Of a stretch of 42,341 nt of DNA, positions 1 through 9,284 are shown piece after piece. Position 1 is the first letter of the stretch. The number at the start of each line of letters is the position of its first letter. The notes under the pieces are model-generated. The model worked only from the letters and a program-made list of their open reading frames with translations. It searched no databases and was not told the DNA's origin. Origin of the DNA: Promethearchaeota archaeon (GTDB lineage: Archaea > Asgardarchaeota > Lokiarchaeia > Sigyniarchaeales > SOKP01); contig JBHLOY010000015.1 of NCBI GenBank assembly GCA_048939995.1, positions 1 to 42,341 on the forward strand, read 5' to 3'. A program made the translations under genes and the position numbers.

Positions 1-756
1 CCTCTTCACATGGACCCTATTGGTCTGATGATTCCTTCAATACTTACGAAAAAATTATCTCTTGGAGTTAAAAACTTGGTTTTAGATATTCCTGTTGGGA
101 CTGGGACAAAATTTCCAACTATAGATGCCGGAAAGAAGTTTGCTTACCTTTTTAAAGAAATTGCTAAAAATGTTGGAATAGATGCAGAATGCGCTTTAAC
201 CCTTGCTCATCAACCCATTGGACATGCAATTGGTCCTTCAATGGAAGCAAAAGAAGCTTTAACTTTATTAATGGATTATACAGCAGGTCCAAACTCATTG
301 ATTGAAAAGTCGACCGAGTTGGCCGGTATTTTACTTGAAATGGGAGGCAAAGCGCAAAAAGGAAAAGGACAAACATTAGCTAAAGAAATTTTAAGGTCTG
401 GGAAAGCCTATAAAAAAATGCAGAGAATAATTGAGGCACAAGGAGGAAATCCGAATATAAAACCAGAAGAGATAAAACTTGGACCTTATACTAAGGATTT
501 TTTTGCTACAAAAGCAGGGCATATCACAGAGGTTAATAATGCAATAATAAATCAAATTGCAAAAGCGGCTGGCTGTCCCCATTCTAAAAGTTCGGGTGTA
601 GAACTCTTTAAAAAACAAGGAGCCAGAATTAAAGAAGGAGATCTTGTTTTTAGAATTCATTCTGAAAGTAAATCGAAATTAAGTAAAGCAGAAAAGATAT
701 ACAATTCAACTGGTGGGCCTATAATATTGGGTGGCATGATGATTGAAAGGATATAA
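1..756 (+). CDS. AMP phosphorylase (thymidine phosphorylase family), C-terminal part; gene starts before the window
   Basis: Frame is open from base 1 (PLHMDPIGLMIPSILTKK). Motifs VLDIPVGTGTK, QPIGHAIGPSMEA and MQRIIEAQGG, plus a C-terminal IAKAAGCP..K..GV domain, are typical of archaeal AMP phosphorylase. Confidence 0.9.
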   Translation, partial: PLHMDPIGLMIPSILTKKLSLGVKNLVLDIPVGTGTKFPTIDAGKKFAYLFKEIAKNVGIDAECALTLAHQPIGHAIGPSMEAKEALTLLMDYTAGPNSLIEKSTELAGILLEMGGKAQKGKGQTLAKEILRSGKAYKKMQRIIEAQGGNPNIKPEEIKLGPYTKDFFATKAGHITEVNNAIINQIAKAAGCPHSKSSGVELFKKQGARIKEGDLVFRIHSESKSKLSKAEKIYNSTGGPIILGGMMIERI

Positions 757-986
757 GCTGAAAAACTTGTCTAACTATGCCTTTAATTCCTCAAAAAATT
801 TATAATGGTTTAAAGAATAACACTTTAACTCAAGGTCAATTTCTAAATTTTTAAGGAATCTTATAAAAGAAGTATGCTGAATCTAAAGGATTACATCTAA
901 TATTAAATGTATGATTAAATTCTCTTAAATATAATTTAATATCTTTAAATTAAAAATTTAAAAAATAATTCAAATTTCAAATCTTA

Positions 987-2486
987 ATGGAAGAATCTCC
1001 TAAGAAAATATATTCAAAATTACAGAATAAAGTTTTAGATAAACCTACAGCATTAATTCAATTATTGTCATTAATTGAAAATAGCGAAAGTTTGACTGAA
1101 AGAGTTAAAAGTATAAAAATTTTAGGAAAAATTTCAGCTAATAATCCTCGAGTTTATAATCTTCTAGAAAATTTATCAATCTCAGACAATCATGAAGAGG
1201 TTAGATTTAATGCTTTAAGAGTACTAACTGGTGTTTTTAAAGACAAAGCTTTAGAACCTATGAGGTGGTCTCTTGATCATGAAAAATCTTTACGATGTTT
1301 AATCACTATAATCAATACATTGGGCGAAATCGGAAGCCCTCAATCAAAAGCACTATTAATGAATAAATTAGAAATGACGGAACATGACGTTTTTAAAAGA
1401 CATTATAATACGCTATTTAAAAGGAAAGAAATAAGAAAATTTAATAGTTTTCAACTGGTCGAGGTCCTAAAGAATTATTTAATTATAAACGATTTAGAAG
1501 AAAAACTTGGTAAAATTAACTTCGAATTAAAAAAGGGGGTTATTACAGAATTAGATTTATCTGATATAAGTAGTCGTGTATATGGATGGAATATTCTTAA
1601 AAAAATTCCACAATATGTATTTAGATTAAGAAATTTGAAGCGTCTTGATTTAAAGTTTAATCGCTTATCAGTAATTCCAAAGTCTATTAAAAATTTGAAA
1701 TTTTTATCCTATCTAGATTTAAGTTATAACAAAATAAAAGAACTGCCAGAAAGTACAGGTGCCTTAAAATCCCTTAAATATCTCAATTTGCGTTATAATC
1801 AATTAAATAATATCCCAAATACCATAGGAGATATTATTTCTCTTAAAATCTTAGATTTGAGATCAAACAAATTAATCTCATTACCAAAAACATTAAATCA
1901 TCTTCATAATCTTGAGATTTTAGATTTATATGGAAATAAGTTAAATAATATTAAAATCACTTTAAAAGGGTTATCATCCCTAAAATATTTAGAGCTTGGT
2001 TTAAATCATTTAGAGACATTACCAAGATGGATAAAACATTTAGAATCAATTCAAACAATTGGGTTAGGTGGAAATAAGTTAAAGAAACTGCCAAAGTGGA
2101 TAACCTCATTAGAATCATTAGAAAACCTTCATTTATATGATAATGAGTTAACAAAGCTTCCTAAATCTATTGGATTATTAACAAATCTGAAAGAACTCAC
2201 ATTATGGAATAATAGATTAAGTTTATTACCCAAATCATTTATTTCACTAAAATCGCTTAAAAAATTAAACTTAAGTTGGAATAACTTTGAAAAATTACCT
2301 GAATGGTTTGGTCAACTGAAATCTTTAGAATTGTTAAGCTTATGGGGAAATAAGCTAAAAACACTCCCCAAGTCACTATCAGAGTTATCTTCTCTTAGAA
2401 TATTAGATCTAAACTTCAATTACATAGTCGAAATTCCCGAATTCTTAAAACATTTAGAGAAAGGTGGATTAATTATTTTTAAATAA
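987..2486 (+). CDS. HEAT-like N-terminal domain + leucine-rich repeat protein
   Basis: About a dozen 23-aa LxxLxLxxNxLxxLP repeats. N-terminal helical ENLSISD...EVRFNA...PMRWSL..E block is shared with two paralogues in the window. Confidence 0.9.
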   Translation: MEESPKKIYSKLQNKVLDKPTALIQLLSLIENSESLTERVKSIKILGKISANNPRVYNLLENLSISDNHEEVRFNALRVLTGVFKDKALEPMRWSLDHEKSLRCLITIINTLGEIGSPQSKALLMNKLEMTEHDVFKRHYNTLFKRKEIRKFNSFQLVEVLKNYLIINDLEEKLGKINFELKKGVITELDLSDISSRVYGWNILKKIPQYVFRLRNLKRLDLKFNRLSVIPKSIKNLKFLSYLDLSYNKIKELPESTGALKSLKYLNLRYNQLNNIPNTIGDIISLKILDLRSNKLISLPKTLNHLHNLEILDLYGNKLNNIKITLKGLSSLKYLELGLNHLETLPRWIKHLESIQTIGLGGNKLKKLPKWITSLESLENLHLYDNELTKLPKSIGLLTNLKELTLWNNRLSLLPKSFISLKSLKKLNLSWNNFEKLPEWFGQLKSLELLSLWGNKLKTLPKSLSELSSLRILDLNFNYIVEIPEFLKHLEKGGLIIFK

Positions 2487-2504
2487 TTATATTAAAATAT
2501 TAAA

Positions 2505-3884
2505 ATGATAGAATTAGATCCGAGTAAGATATACGAAGATTTTACACAAAATTTAATAGATAAATCTTCAGCAATTGAAAAATTAATAGTCTTAATAGAG
2601 AACAGTAATAATGTTCAAGTTAGGCTTAATAGTATAAAATTTTTGGAAAAAGTGGGAGGAGATTTCAAAAACCATGCTACGATGAGAGAAAAAGTTTTCA
2701 AGTTATTTGAAAATTTATTGATCTCTGATTCTAACGAAAAAATAAGGAATATTGCAGCGAAAGTTTTAGGGGAGAAATTTGTAGAAATTTCCATTAATCC
2801 ATTGAGATGGGCTTTGTTACACGAGCAATCTAAGCTCTGTTTAAATACAATTTTTAAATTTATTATTAAACTTGTAATAGATCTTGTACAGGTAAATGAT
2901 CGGGTCGCAAAATTTATTCTTCTTAATGAATTAAAACAAATGGTTAATAACGAATTCAAAATTGGATTTGAGCAACTAATCGATAAAGGACATGTTAATA
3001 GAATCCCCAACCAAGAACTTAGTTTAATTCTAATAAATTATTTTACACTTATCTATTTAGAAAAATCTTTTTGGCGATTAAAATATAAAGTAGAGGACTG
3101 TAAAGTCATCGAATTAGAGTTTCAATTCAAAGGTTTAATAGAAATTCCAAAAGCAGTTCAATATTTAGAGTCCTTAAGAAAACTAATCCTTAGATATAAT
3201 CAAATAACAACAGTTTCTAAATGGATAAAAAATTTAAAGCAACTAGAAATCCTTAATTTAAATGTTAATTCCTTGACTGGATTACCAGAATCAATTGGAT
3301 CACTTTCCCACTTAAAAGTTCTATCATTATGGAAAAATGAAATTGAGAGACTTCCAGATTCTTTTTCAAATCTCAATAATCTAGAAACCTTAAACTTAAG
3401 ATTAAATCAATTGAAAGAGTTACCCCATGATATAGGATATTTAAAAAGCCTTAAGGAACTAGATCTTCACGATAACAAACTTAAAGCTCTTCCTACCTCA
3501 GTTACACAGCTTAGTAGTTTAGAAAAGCTGAATTTAAGTTGGAATCAACTTCAATCAGTACCTATTTCAATCAATTTTCTTTCCAATTTAAAAATCCTTG
3601 ATTTAGAAAGAAATGAATTATCTTATATTCCAGCGACGATAGGCGAATTAAAGAGTTTAGAAAATTTAAATTTACGAGATAATAAATTACTAAAAATTCC
3701 AAATACATTTGGCTCACTAAAAAATTTAAAATATCTTAATTTGTCAAGAAACATGCTTGATAGAATACCTGATACTTTGAATTCTCTCTCATCTTTATTA
3801 GAATTAAATTTAACAGATAATCAATTACAAAATGCTCATTCGCTGAAAAATTTAGAAGAAAAGGGAGTAATAATATATTATTAA
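2505..3884 (+). CDS. HEAT-like + leucine-rich repeat protein (tandem paralogue)
   Basis: Same architecture as 987..2486 and only 18 bp downstream. Similar C-terminus (LKNLEEKGVIIYY vs LKHLEKGGLIIFK). Confidence 0.9.
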   Translation: MIELDPSKIYEDFTQNLIDKSSAIEKLIVLIENSNNVQVRLNSIKFLEKVGGDFKNHATMREKVFKLFENLLISDSNEKIRNIAAKVLGEKFVEISINPLRWALLHEQSKLCLNTIFKFIIKLVIDLVQVNDRVAKFILLNELKQMVNNEFKIGFEQLIDKGHVNRIPNQELSLILINYFTLIYLEKSFWRLKYKVEDCKVIELEFQFKGLIEIPKAVQYLESLRKLILRYNQITTVSKWIKNLKQLEILNLNVNSLTGLPESIGSLSHLKVLSLWKNEIERLPDSFSNLNNLETLNLRLNQLKELPHDIGYLKSLKELDLHDNKLKALPTSVTQLSSLEKLNLSWNQLQSVPISINFLSNLKILDLERNELSYIPATIGELKSLENLNLRDNKLLKIPNTFGSLKNLKYLNLSRNMLDRIPDTLNSLSSLLELNLTDNQLQNAHSLKNLEEKGVIIYY

Positions 3885-3892
3885 GATTCAGA

Positions 3893-5650
3893 TTATTGTG
3901 TTTCATACAATTGTTTAATTTCTTCAACAGTTGTTATATCCTTTGGACCTTTTTCTGGGCGAATTCTTTGAAATACAGGAAATCTCATAGAATATCCTAA
4001 TGAAGAAAATTTATCACTAATAGTAATTTCATCACCTATTATTTCAATTACTATTTCAGGTAATAACCATTGATCTGGTTCATCATCACATACAACATTA
4101 CTAGCTTTTTTATCTACTTCATACTTCTTCACCTCATTTTTTAACCTATCCATTATCTCATCAGTCCATCCAGAAGCTATACGTGTAAAAGCCTCAAATT
4201 TATCATTTTTGGGGTCATAAACGGCTCCTATATAAGTTCCATACCAACCTTTCCTCCTCCCTCTTCCATAAAAGGCTCCAACCAAAACCACATCAATAGT
4301 ATCTGCTAATTTTCCTCCTTCCAATCCTTTTAACTTAATCCATAGAAATCCACGATTCCCTGCTTGATATAGTGAATCAGATCGTATTGATTTAGCGATT
4401 ATTCCTTCAGTACCTGCGTTCCGGGCATCATTAAAAAAGTCTAATAATTCTTCAGTTGAATTAATTTCCTTTGCCTTAACCAAACGAATCTCGTCTTTTG
4501 GTTGTACAATTTCTTCAAGCTTTTTCCGACGTATAGGATATGCTTCATCTAAAAATGATTCATCTTCAATTAAAAGTAAATCAAATAAAAATAAACTAAC
4601 CGGAATTTCTTTAGAGATATCATTAATATCATATTTCCTACGTCTTCTACTCAACACTTGAAAGGGAAGCATTTTTTCATAAAAATGATCCATAGCGACT
4701 ACTTCTCCCTCAAGAATGGCTTTTTCAACTTTAATATTTGTACGTATTACTTCACATACATCAGGGTATTGTTCTGAGATTTCCAGTAATCTCCTAGAAA
4801 ATAAAAGAATTTTATTACCTATTTTATGAATTTGCAATCGTTCGCCATCTAATTTATATTCAGCGACACAAGGCACTCCCAATTTATCAGTAATTTCCGA
4901 ATAAGGAACACGAGAAGCTAACATATTTCTTATGGGTGTACCATATGTTATTTTGACTTTCTTAACAGCCTCTAGTCCCTCATTTGCTAATATTAAACTA
5001 ATATCCCCTAGGTCAGGATGTTGATTATAAGCCTTCTCTATAAAACCCTTTGATTTTTTATCTCCAGTAAATCCTTGAGCAAGGCCATCTATGATTGTCA
5101 GTGTTGATACTCCTACTCTCAAGGTAGAAGTTATTATTCTTAAAATATATTTTGTCTCAAGCGGAGAACTCTTTCTCATAAGGCTACGCAGGACTCCTAA
5201 TTTAACATCTTGAGAACCAGCTCCCTCAGCTGTTGCTATTTTTTGTAATGCAGAGTACAATTCAGAAATCTCTAAGGATGATTCTGCTTCTTCTAACCCC
5301 TCGTCGAAATCAAATAACGAGGTTTGTTTCCTTTTTTTAGAGAGAATTAATTCTGCTGTAGCACCTATATCTCCTTCTTTTAATAGAATGCTTTTTATTT
5401 CTTTTCCATTAATCCCTGAATGTAATGATAATGCTTCAATTATCATTTTTTCAGCAAGGCCCAATTTCGGGAATTGTTTAATATTCGAGACTAATTGCCC
5501 CTGTAATAGATAAATTATCTTATCTAAATCATTAAAATCGCCTGTATTTTTTATTTCAAGAAAAAATCTTGACAAAAAGTCAATCATTTCTAATCTTTTT
5601 GAAGTATTTTCTAATTTGGAGAACAATTCCGCTAAGTTTTTAAATTTCAT
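3893..5650 (-). CDS. lig: ATP-dependent DNA ligase
   Basis: Motif I EYKLDGER, III LEGEVV, IIIa LFLFDLL, IV EGIIAK, V WIKLK, VI RFPVF, plus N-terminal DNA-binding domain. Confidence 0.97.
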   Translation of the reverse strand: MKFKNLAELFSKLENTSKRLEMIDFLSRFFLEIKNTGDFNDLDKIIYLLQGQLVSNIKQFPKLGLAEKMIIEALSLHSGINGKEIKSILLKEGDIGATAELILSKKRKQTSLFDFDEGLEEAESSLEISELYSALQKIATAEGAGSQDVKLGVLRSLMRKSSPLETKYILRIITSTLRVGVSTLTIIDGLAQGFTGDKKSKGFIEKAYNQHPDLGDISLILANEGLEAVKKVKITYGTPIRNMLASRVPYSEITDKLGVPCVAEYKLDGERLQIHKIGNKILLFSRRLLEISEQYPDVCEVIRTNIKVEKAILEGEVVAMDHFYEKMLPFQVLSRRRRKYDINDISKEIPVSLFLFDLLLIEDESFLDEAYPIRRKKLEEIVQPKDEIRLVKAKEINSTEELLDFFNDARNAGTEGIIAKSIRSDSLYQAGNRGFLWIKLKGLEGGKLADTIDVVLVGAFYGRGRRKGWYGTYIGAVYDPKNDKFEAFTRIASGWTDEIMDRLKNEVKKYEVDKKASNVVCDDEPDQWLLPEIVIEIIGDEITISDKFSSLGYSMRFPVFQRIRPEKGPKDITTVEEIKQLYETQ

Positions 5651-5764
5651 GATTAGTTTTTACTTTTTTTGCATCAAGATTATATAAGTTATATATATAA
5701 CCGTATTTAAATAACAATACTAATAAAAGTTAGAAAAAAAGAATAAATAAAATTGTTTAACCAA

Positions 5765-6640
5765 CTATTTTAATAATTTGGAAAGTTCTATAAATCTCTT
5801 CTGAATTTCAATTTTAATATTGGATGAGATTCCTTTAAATGAATCTGCTGTAAATGTGATTTTTAAGCCCTCTATCTTAAATGAACATACAAAACCATCC
5901 ATTTGTTCAACAGAAAATGACCCATCTTCTTTTTTAGAAACCCAAATATCATCATAATGTTCTAAGATCGCTATTAATACAAATCCTACTTTAGCTTGGA
6001 CATCTAGATCTAACGTTATTTCTTCTTCAATAATTTTTTCAGGAGTTGGTTCAGTCTCAATTGGAATATCTAAATTATATTCAGAGGCAGGTTTTATCGC
6101 AGGTTCGGAGTGTATTGGCGAGGTTTTATTAATTGGAGCAGATACTACTTTCTCTTCTTGAGTAGCTACAATTTGAGGTTTTGGTTTAGAATCCAGAGGG
6201 GTAGGTTCAGTTACTGGTTTTGGCACTGCTTTAGCTGGTGCTGTGAAAGGAATTTTTTTTGCCCCTTCAGTATCAAATGTTATGATACAATTATCTAATT
6301 CCTTAAAATCTCGATTAAGTATATTTTGGAGTTCTTCATTGTATTTATCGGTTTCAATATCCCTCCCAATTTTTCTTTGGTCAACTTCTTTTAAGAATTT
6401 TATATCTCGTCCAATGATACTCTTCCCTGCTACATAACCATGCCCTTTTAAAGATTCTGCTTGGCGAAGTGCCGTTCGTCTAGCAACTAAACCTTGTTTA
6501 CTGCCGTGCCATAAATATATTGAAGAACTGCCTTCATCTAATATCAGTATATTTTTATCAGATGAAAGATTATCTGCATTCCATTTAATAGGTTCACTGA
6601 CGCCTCCTTCTAAAACTTGAAACATGAGTGCGAAATCCAT
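5765..6640 (-). CDS. Gelsolin-domain protein with Pro-rich linker and C-terminal alpha/beta domain
   Basis: NLSSDKNILILDEGSSSIYLWHGSK...RRTALRQAESL matches the gelsolin repeat core (LxSxDxxILD..IYxWxG). Followed by a P/E/T/K-rich linker. Confidence 0.7.
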   Translation of the reverse strand: MDFALMFQVLEGGVSEPIKWNADNLSSDKNILILDEGSSSIYLWHGSKQGLVARRTALRQAESLKGHGYVAGKSIIGRDIKFLKEVDQRKIGRDIETDKYNEELQNILNRDFKELDNCIITFDTEGAKKIPFTAPAKAVPKPVTEPTPLDSKPKPQIVATQEEKVVSAPINKTSPIHSEPAIKPASEYNLDIPIETEPTPEKIIEEEITLDLDVQAKVGFVLIAILEHYDDIWVSKKEDGSFSVEQMDGFVCSFKIEGLKITFTADSFKGISSNIKIEIQKRFIELSKLLK

Positions 6641-6857
6641 TGTTAATTCTCCACATAAATTAATTATATGTTAGCTAGCAATTATATTATAAATTTAATA
6701 GTTTTTATAAATTTAAAAATTGAGTTTTTCGAAAAGATTATTCTAAGATAAATATCCTTCCTACTATTCTAAAAGAAAAAAATTAAAAAATATGAAGAAA
6801 TTACATATTTGATTAACGCTTTATTCTATTATTTAATTATTAGGAAAGGTAAAAATT

Positions 6858-7949
6858 ATGGAATTAGATAACTTATTTCGAGAAAGCTTAAAAAAGTATA
6901 GCCCCTATGAACCAGAAGAACAAATAGATGAAGATGGATGGTTAAAATTAAATATAAATCAAAATGCGTACCCTCCTATACCAGAAATAGTTGAAGAAGT
7001 AAAAGATGCTATTGGGGATGGTAGCATCTTAAGAGAATACCCCGATTCCCTAGCACTTGAAGTTCGGAAAGCAATACTTAACCAACTATTACGAGATAAA
7101 GATACTTTAACAAATCGAAATAGTATTTTCATTAGTAATGGATCAGATGAAATATTTGATACTATATTTAAGGTTTTTATCAATCCAGGCGATGAAATAG
7201 TGATATTTTACCCGACATATGGAATCTATAAAGTCTTAGCTAATCTATATGACGCTAAAATAAACGAGATAAAACTTAGCGATGATTTTAGTATTCCAGA
7301 ATCAGTGTTTAGTGTCCAAGGAAAATTATTACTTATTAGTTCTCCAAATAATCCCAATGGTAAATCATTTGGAAATTTCATTATTTCTAAAATATGCAAA
7401 AATTTCTCTGGAATTATAGTTGTAGACGAAGCTTATGCTGATTTTTCAGATAATACTTGTCTACCATTGTTAAAGACTTTTAATAATCTAATTGTATGCA
7501 GAACTTTCTCACAAACCTTTTCTGTTGCTTCTATGAGAATTGGTTATGCATTGGCAGATCCGAATATAATAAAAGAAATGAATAGAGTTAAACTACCTTA
7601 TAACACAAGTGCTCTAGCCCAAATCACAGCATTAGCGTGCATAAAACATCGAAATAAAATTTTTAAGCAAAATGAAGAAATTGTAACAGAAAGAGTAAGA
7701 TTAACTGCTGAATTAAAAAAATTTAATGGAATTGATGTCCTTCCTTCCGACGCAAATTTTATTTTTATAAAATTTGATGATAAGTCAACAACATTAAAGT
7801 TTTTGTGGGATTTGAAAGAAATGAAAATTTTAGTGCGTCATTTCAGTCAACCTGGTTTATATAACTATTTGAGGATGACAATTGGATCAGAGGACCAAAA
7901 TGATAAATTTTTGTCTGCTTTTCAAAAAATTGCTAAAAAGTATCTATAG
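6858..7949 (+). CDS. hisC: Histidinol-phosphate aminotransferase (HisC)-like protein; PLP lysine replaced by Gln
   Basis: YPD, SNGSDE, SPNNPNG, VVDEAY, RIGY and PSDANF motifs present. RTFSQ replaces RTFSK. Confidence 0.75.
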   Translation: MELDNLFRESLKKYSPYEPEEQIDEDGWLKLNINQNAYPPIPEIVEEVKDAIGDGSILREYPDSLALEVRKAILNQLLRDKDTLTNRNSIFISNGSDEIFDTIFKVFINPGDEIVIFYPTYGIYKVLANLYDAKINEIKLSDDFSIPESVFSVQGKLLLISSPNNPNGKSFGNFIISKICKNFSGIIVVDEAYADFSDNTCLPLLKTFNNLIVCRTFSQTFSVASMRIGYALADPNIIKEMNRVKLPYNTSALAQITALACIKHRNKIFKQNEEIVTERVRLTAELKKFNGIDVLPSDANFIFIKFDDKSTTLKFLWDLKEMKILVRHFSQPGLYNYLRMTIGSEDQNDKFLSAFQKIAKKYL

Positions 7950-8033
7950 TTCTATTAAAGCAAAAAATTTTATATTTTGAAAATATATAGTATTAAACTA
8001 AAAATTTACTAACTTTAACAGAGTTGAATAGAA

Positions 8034-9245
8034 ATCTCTAATCCATTATTTACAGGTGGCAGAGATAAAGTTCAATGCCAACATTGTGGTTATAGAATTG
8101 TACGTCCTTACCCTAAAGATAAACTCTGTCCTAAATGTAGAAAATTCCTTTCAGAATTATTTCAATATCAAGACGATCAAATAATAGTAGAGAAACCCAA
8201 ACAATTTGAAAAAAAAACTTCTACACCTTCCAAAAAATTACCCGGAATTAAAGTTAAAGAAAAAGAATTCTCATTTTTAACGACCGAGGATGAATTCATA
8301 AGTTTAAAAAAAGGAGAGAGGAATTTGGGAGAAACTGATGAAAAAGAAGATATAGAGGAATATGTTAAATTCATAGGAATTACCTCAATAGAAAGAACCA
8401 AATTATTTGCTAATAATGAAAAATATAAATATCTATTGGAATTAAGTAATAATCTAGATTTCATAGCTACGAGTATTTTAGGGGGGGAATTAGATAAAAT
8501 GCTCCTTATTACTGATGGTAATATTAATGAAAAGTGTCAGTTTTACGTGAAAGATAACATCATATATTTGGTATATGGTATTTTTCCAGACAAAAAAGGA
8601 AAATGGATCCTAGAACAAATGGCAAAAAACTATTTTGAGTTAGTTCAAAATAAAGATGTTGATAATTTAGAAAAGTTTGAAAAAAATCAGATTAATTTTA
8701 ATTTTAAGCGGCGTCTTAATTACATTTTAAAAGAATATCTTACCTTGCAAGATGTCTTTACGGATCAAGAACTTCCCTATTTAGAGGATTGGATTAGAAT
8801 TGATTATCTCGGTTTATCTTCAATGTCAATTGGAGTTATATCTCTGTTTTTAGATGAAGAAAACAACTTAAATGTTGAGGTTCCTGGTCAGTATGATAAT
8901 CCCGCTGAAGAGATAGAGATGAAAGAATCATTGTTAACAGCTAAAATTGAAGCGATAGCGGCAAATACTCTAGGTAATACCGGATTCTATCCACGGTGGA
9001 TTGCTGTAAAACTAGGTTTTCAACATTATCGCTTTTTAACTTTTAAAAGATTTAAGAATGATTATTTCCTCTCGTTATTATCCGAAGGTAATCTAAAGAA
9101 AATTGAACTTGTTGAAAAAGAAATGGATCCTTATTTACATCATGGTATTGACAATCGTTTTGATGGAAATTTACGCCCCTTTAATAAATTAAAGGCAACA
9201 TTAAAGGATTTAATTAAAATCGCCCCAGGAAGGAAATTTTCTTAG
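8034..9245 (+). CDS. Zinc-ribbon protein with probable longin/roadblock-like C-terminal domains; non-canonical start (ATC 8034 or ATA 8028)
   Basis: The ORF-track frame (8325) stays open back to a TGA at 8025 and adds SNPLFTGGRDKVQCQHCGYRIVRPYPKDKLCPKCRK (CxxC-x13-CxxC). The fold of the C-terminal part is a pattern-based guess. Confidence 0.65.
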   Translation: MSNPLFTGGRDKVQCQHCGYRIVRPYPKDKLCPKCRKFLSELFQYQDDQIIVEKPKQFEKKTSTPSKKLPGIKVKEKEFSFLTTEDEFISLKKGERNLGETDEKEDIEEYVKFIGITSIERTKLFANNEKYKYLLELSNNLDFIATSILGGELDKMLLITDGNINEKCQFYVKDNIIYLVYGIFPDKKGKWILEQMAKNYFELVQNKDVDNLEKFEKNQINFNFKRRLNYILKEYLTLQDVFTDQELPYLEDWIRIDYLGLSSMSIGVISLFLDEENNLNVEVPGQYDNPAEEIEMKESLLTAKIEAIAANTLGNTGFYPRWIAVKLGFQHYRFLTFKRFKNDYFLSLLSEGNLKKIELVEKEMDPYLHHGIDNRFDGNLRPFNKLKATLKDLIKIAPGRKFS

Positions 9246-9284
9246 TTCTATAATTTAATTGTAGATTACTCTTTAAGGATCTTT

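Noticed and set aside
1620-3840. Periodic DNA similarity as a CRISPR or tandem repeat
   Set aside because: Explained by 69-bp LRR coding periodicity; no identical repeats with spacers.
8025-8027. In-frame TGA as selenocysteine or readthrough
   Set aside because: An in-frame TAA lies at 8016 with no start codon in between, and no SECIS was recognised.
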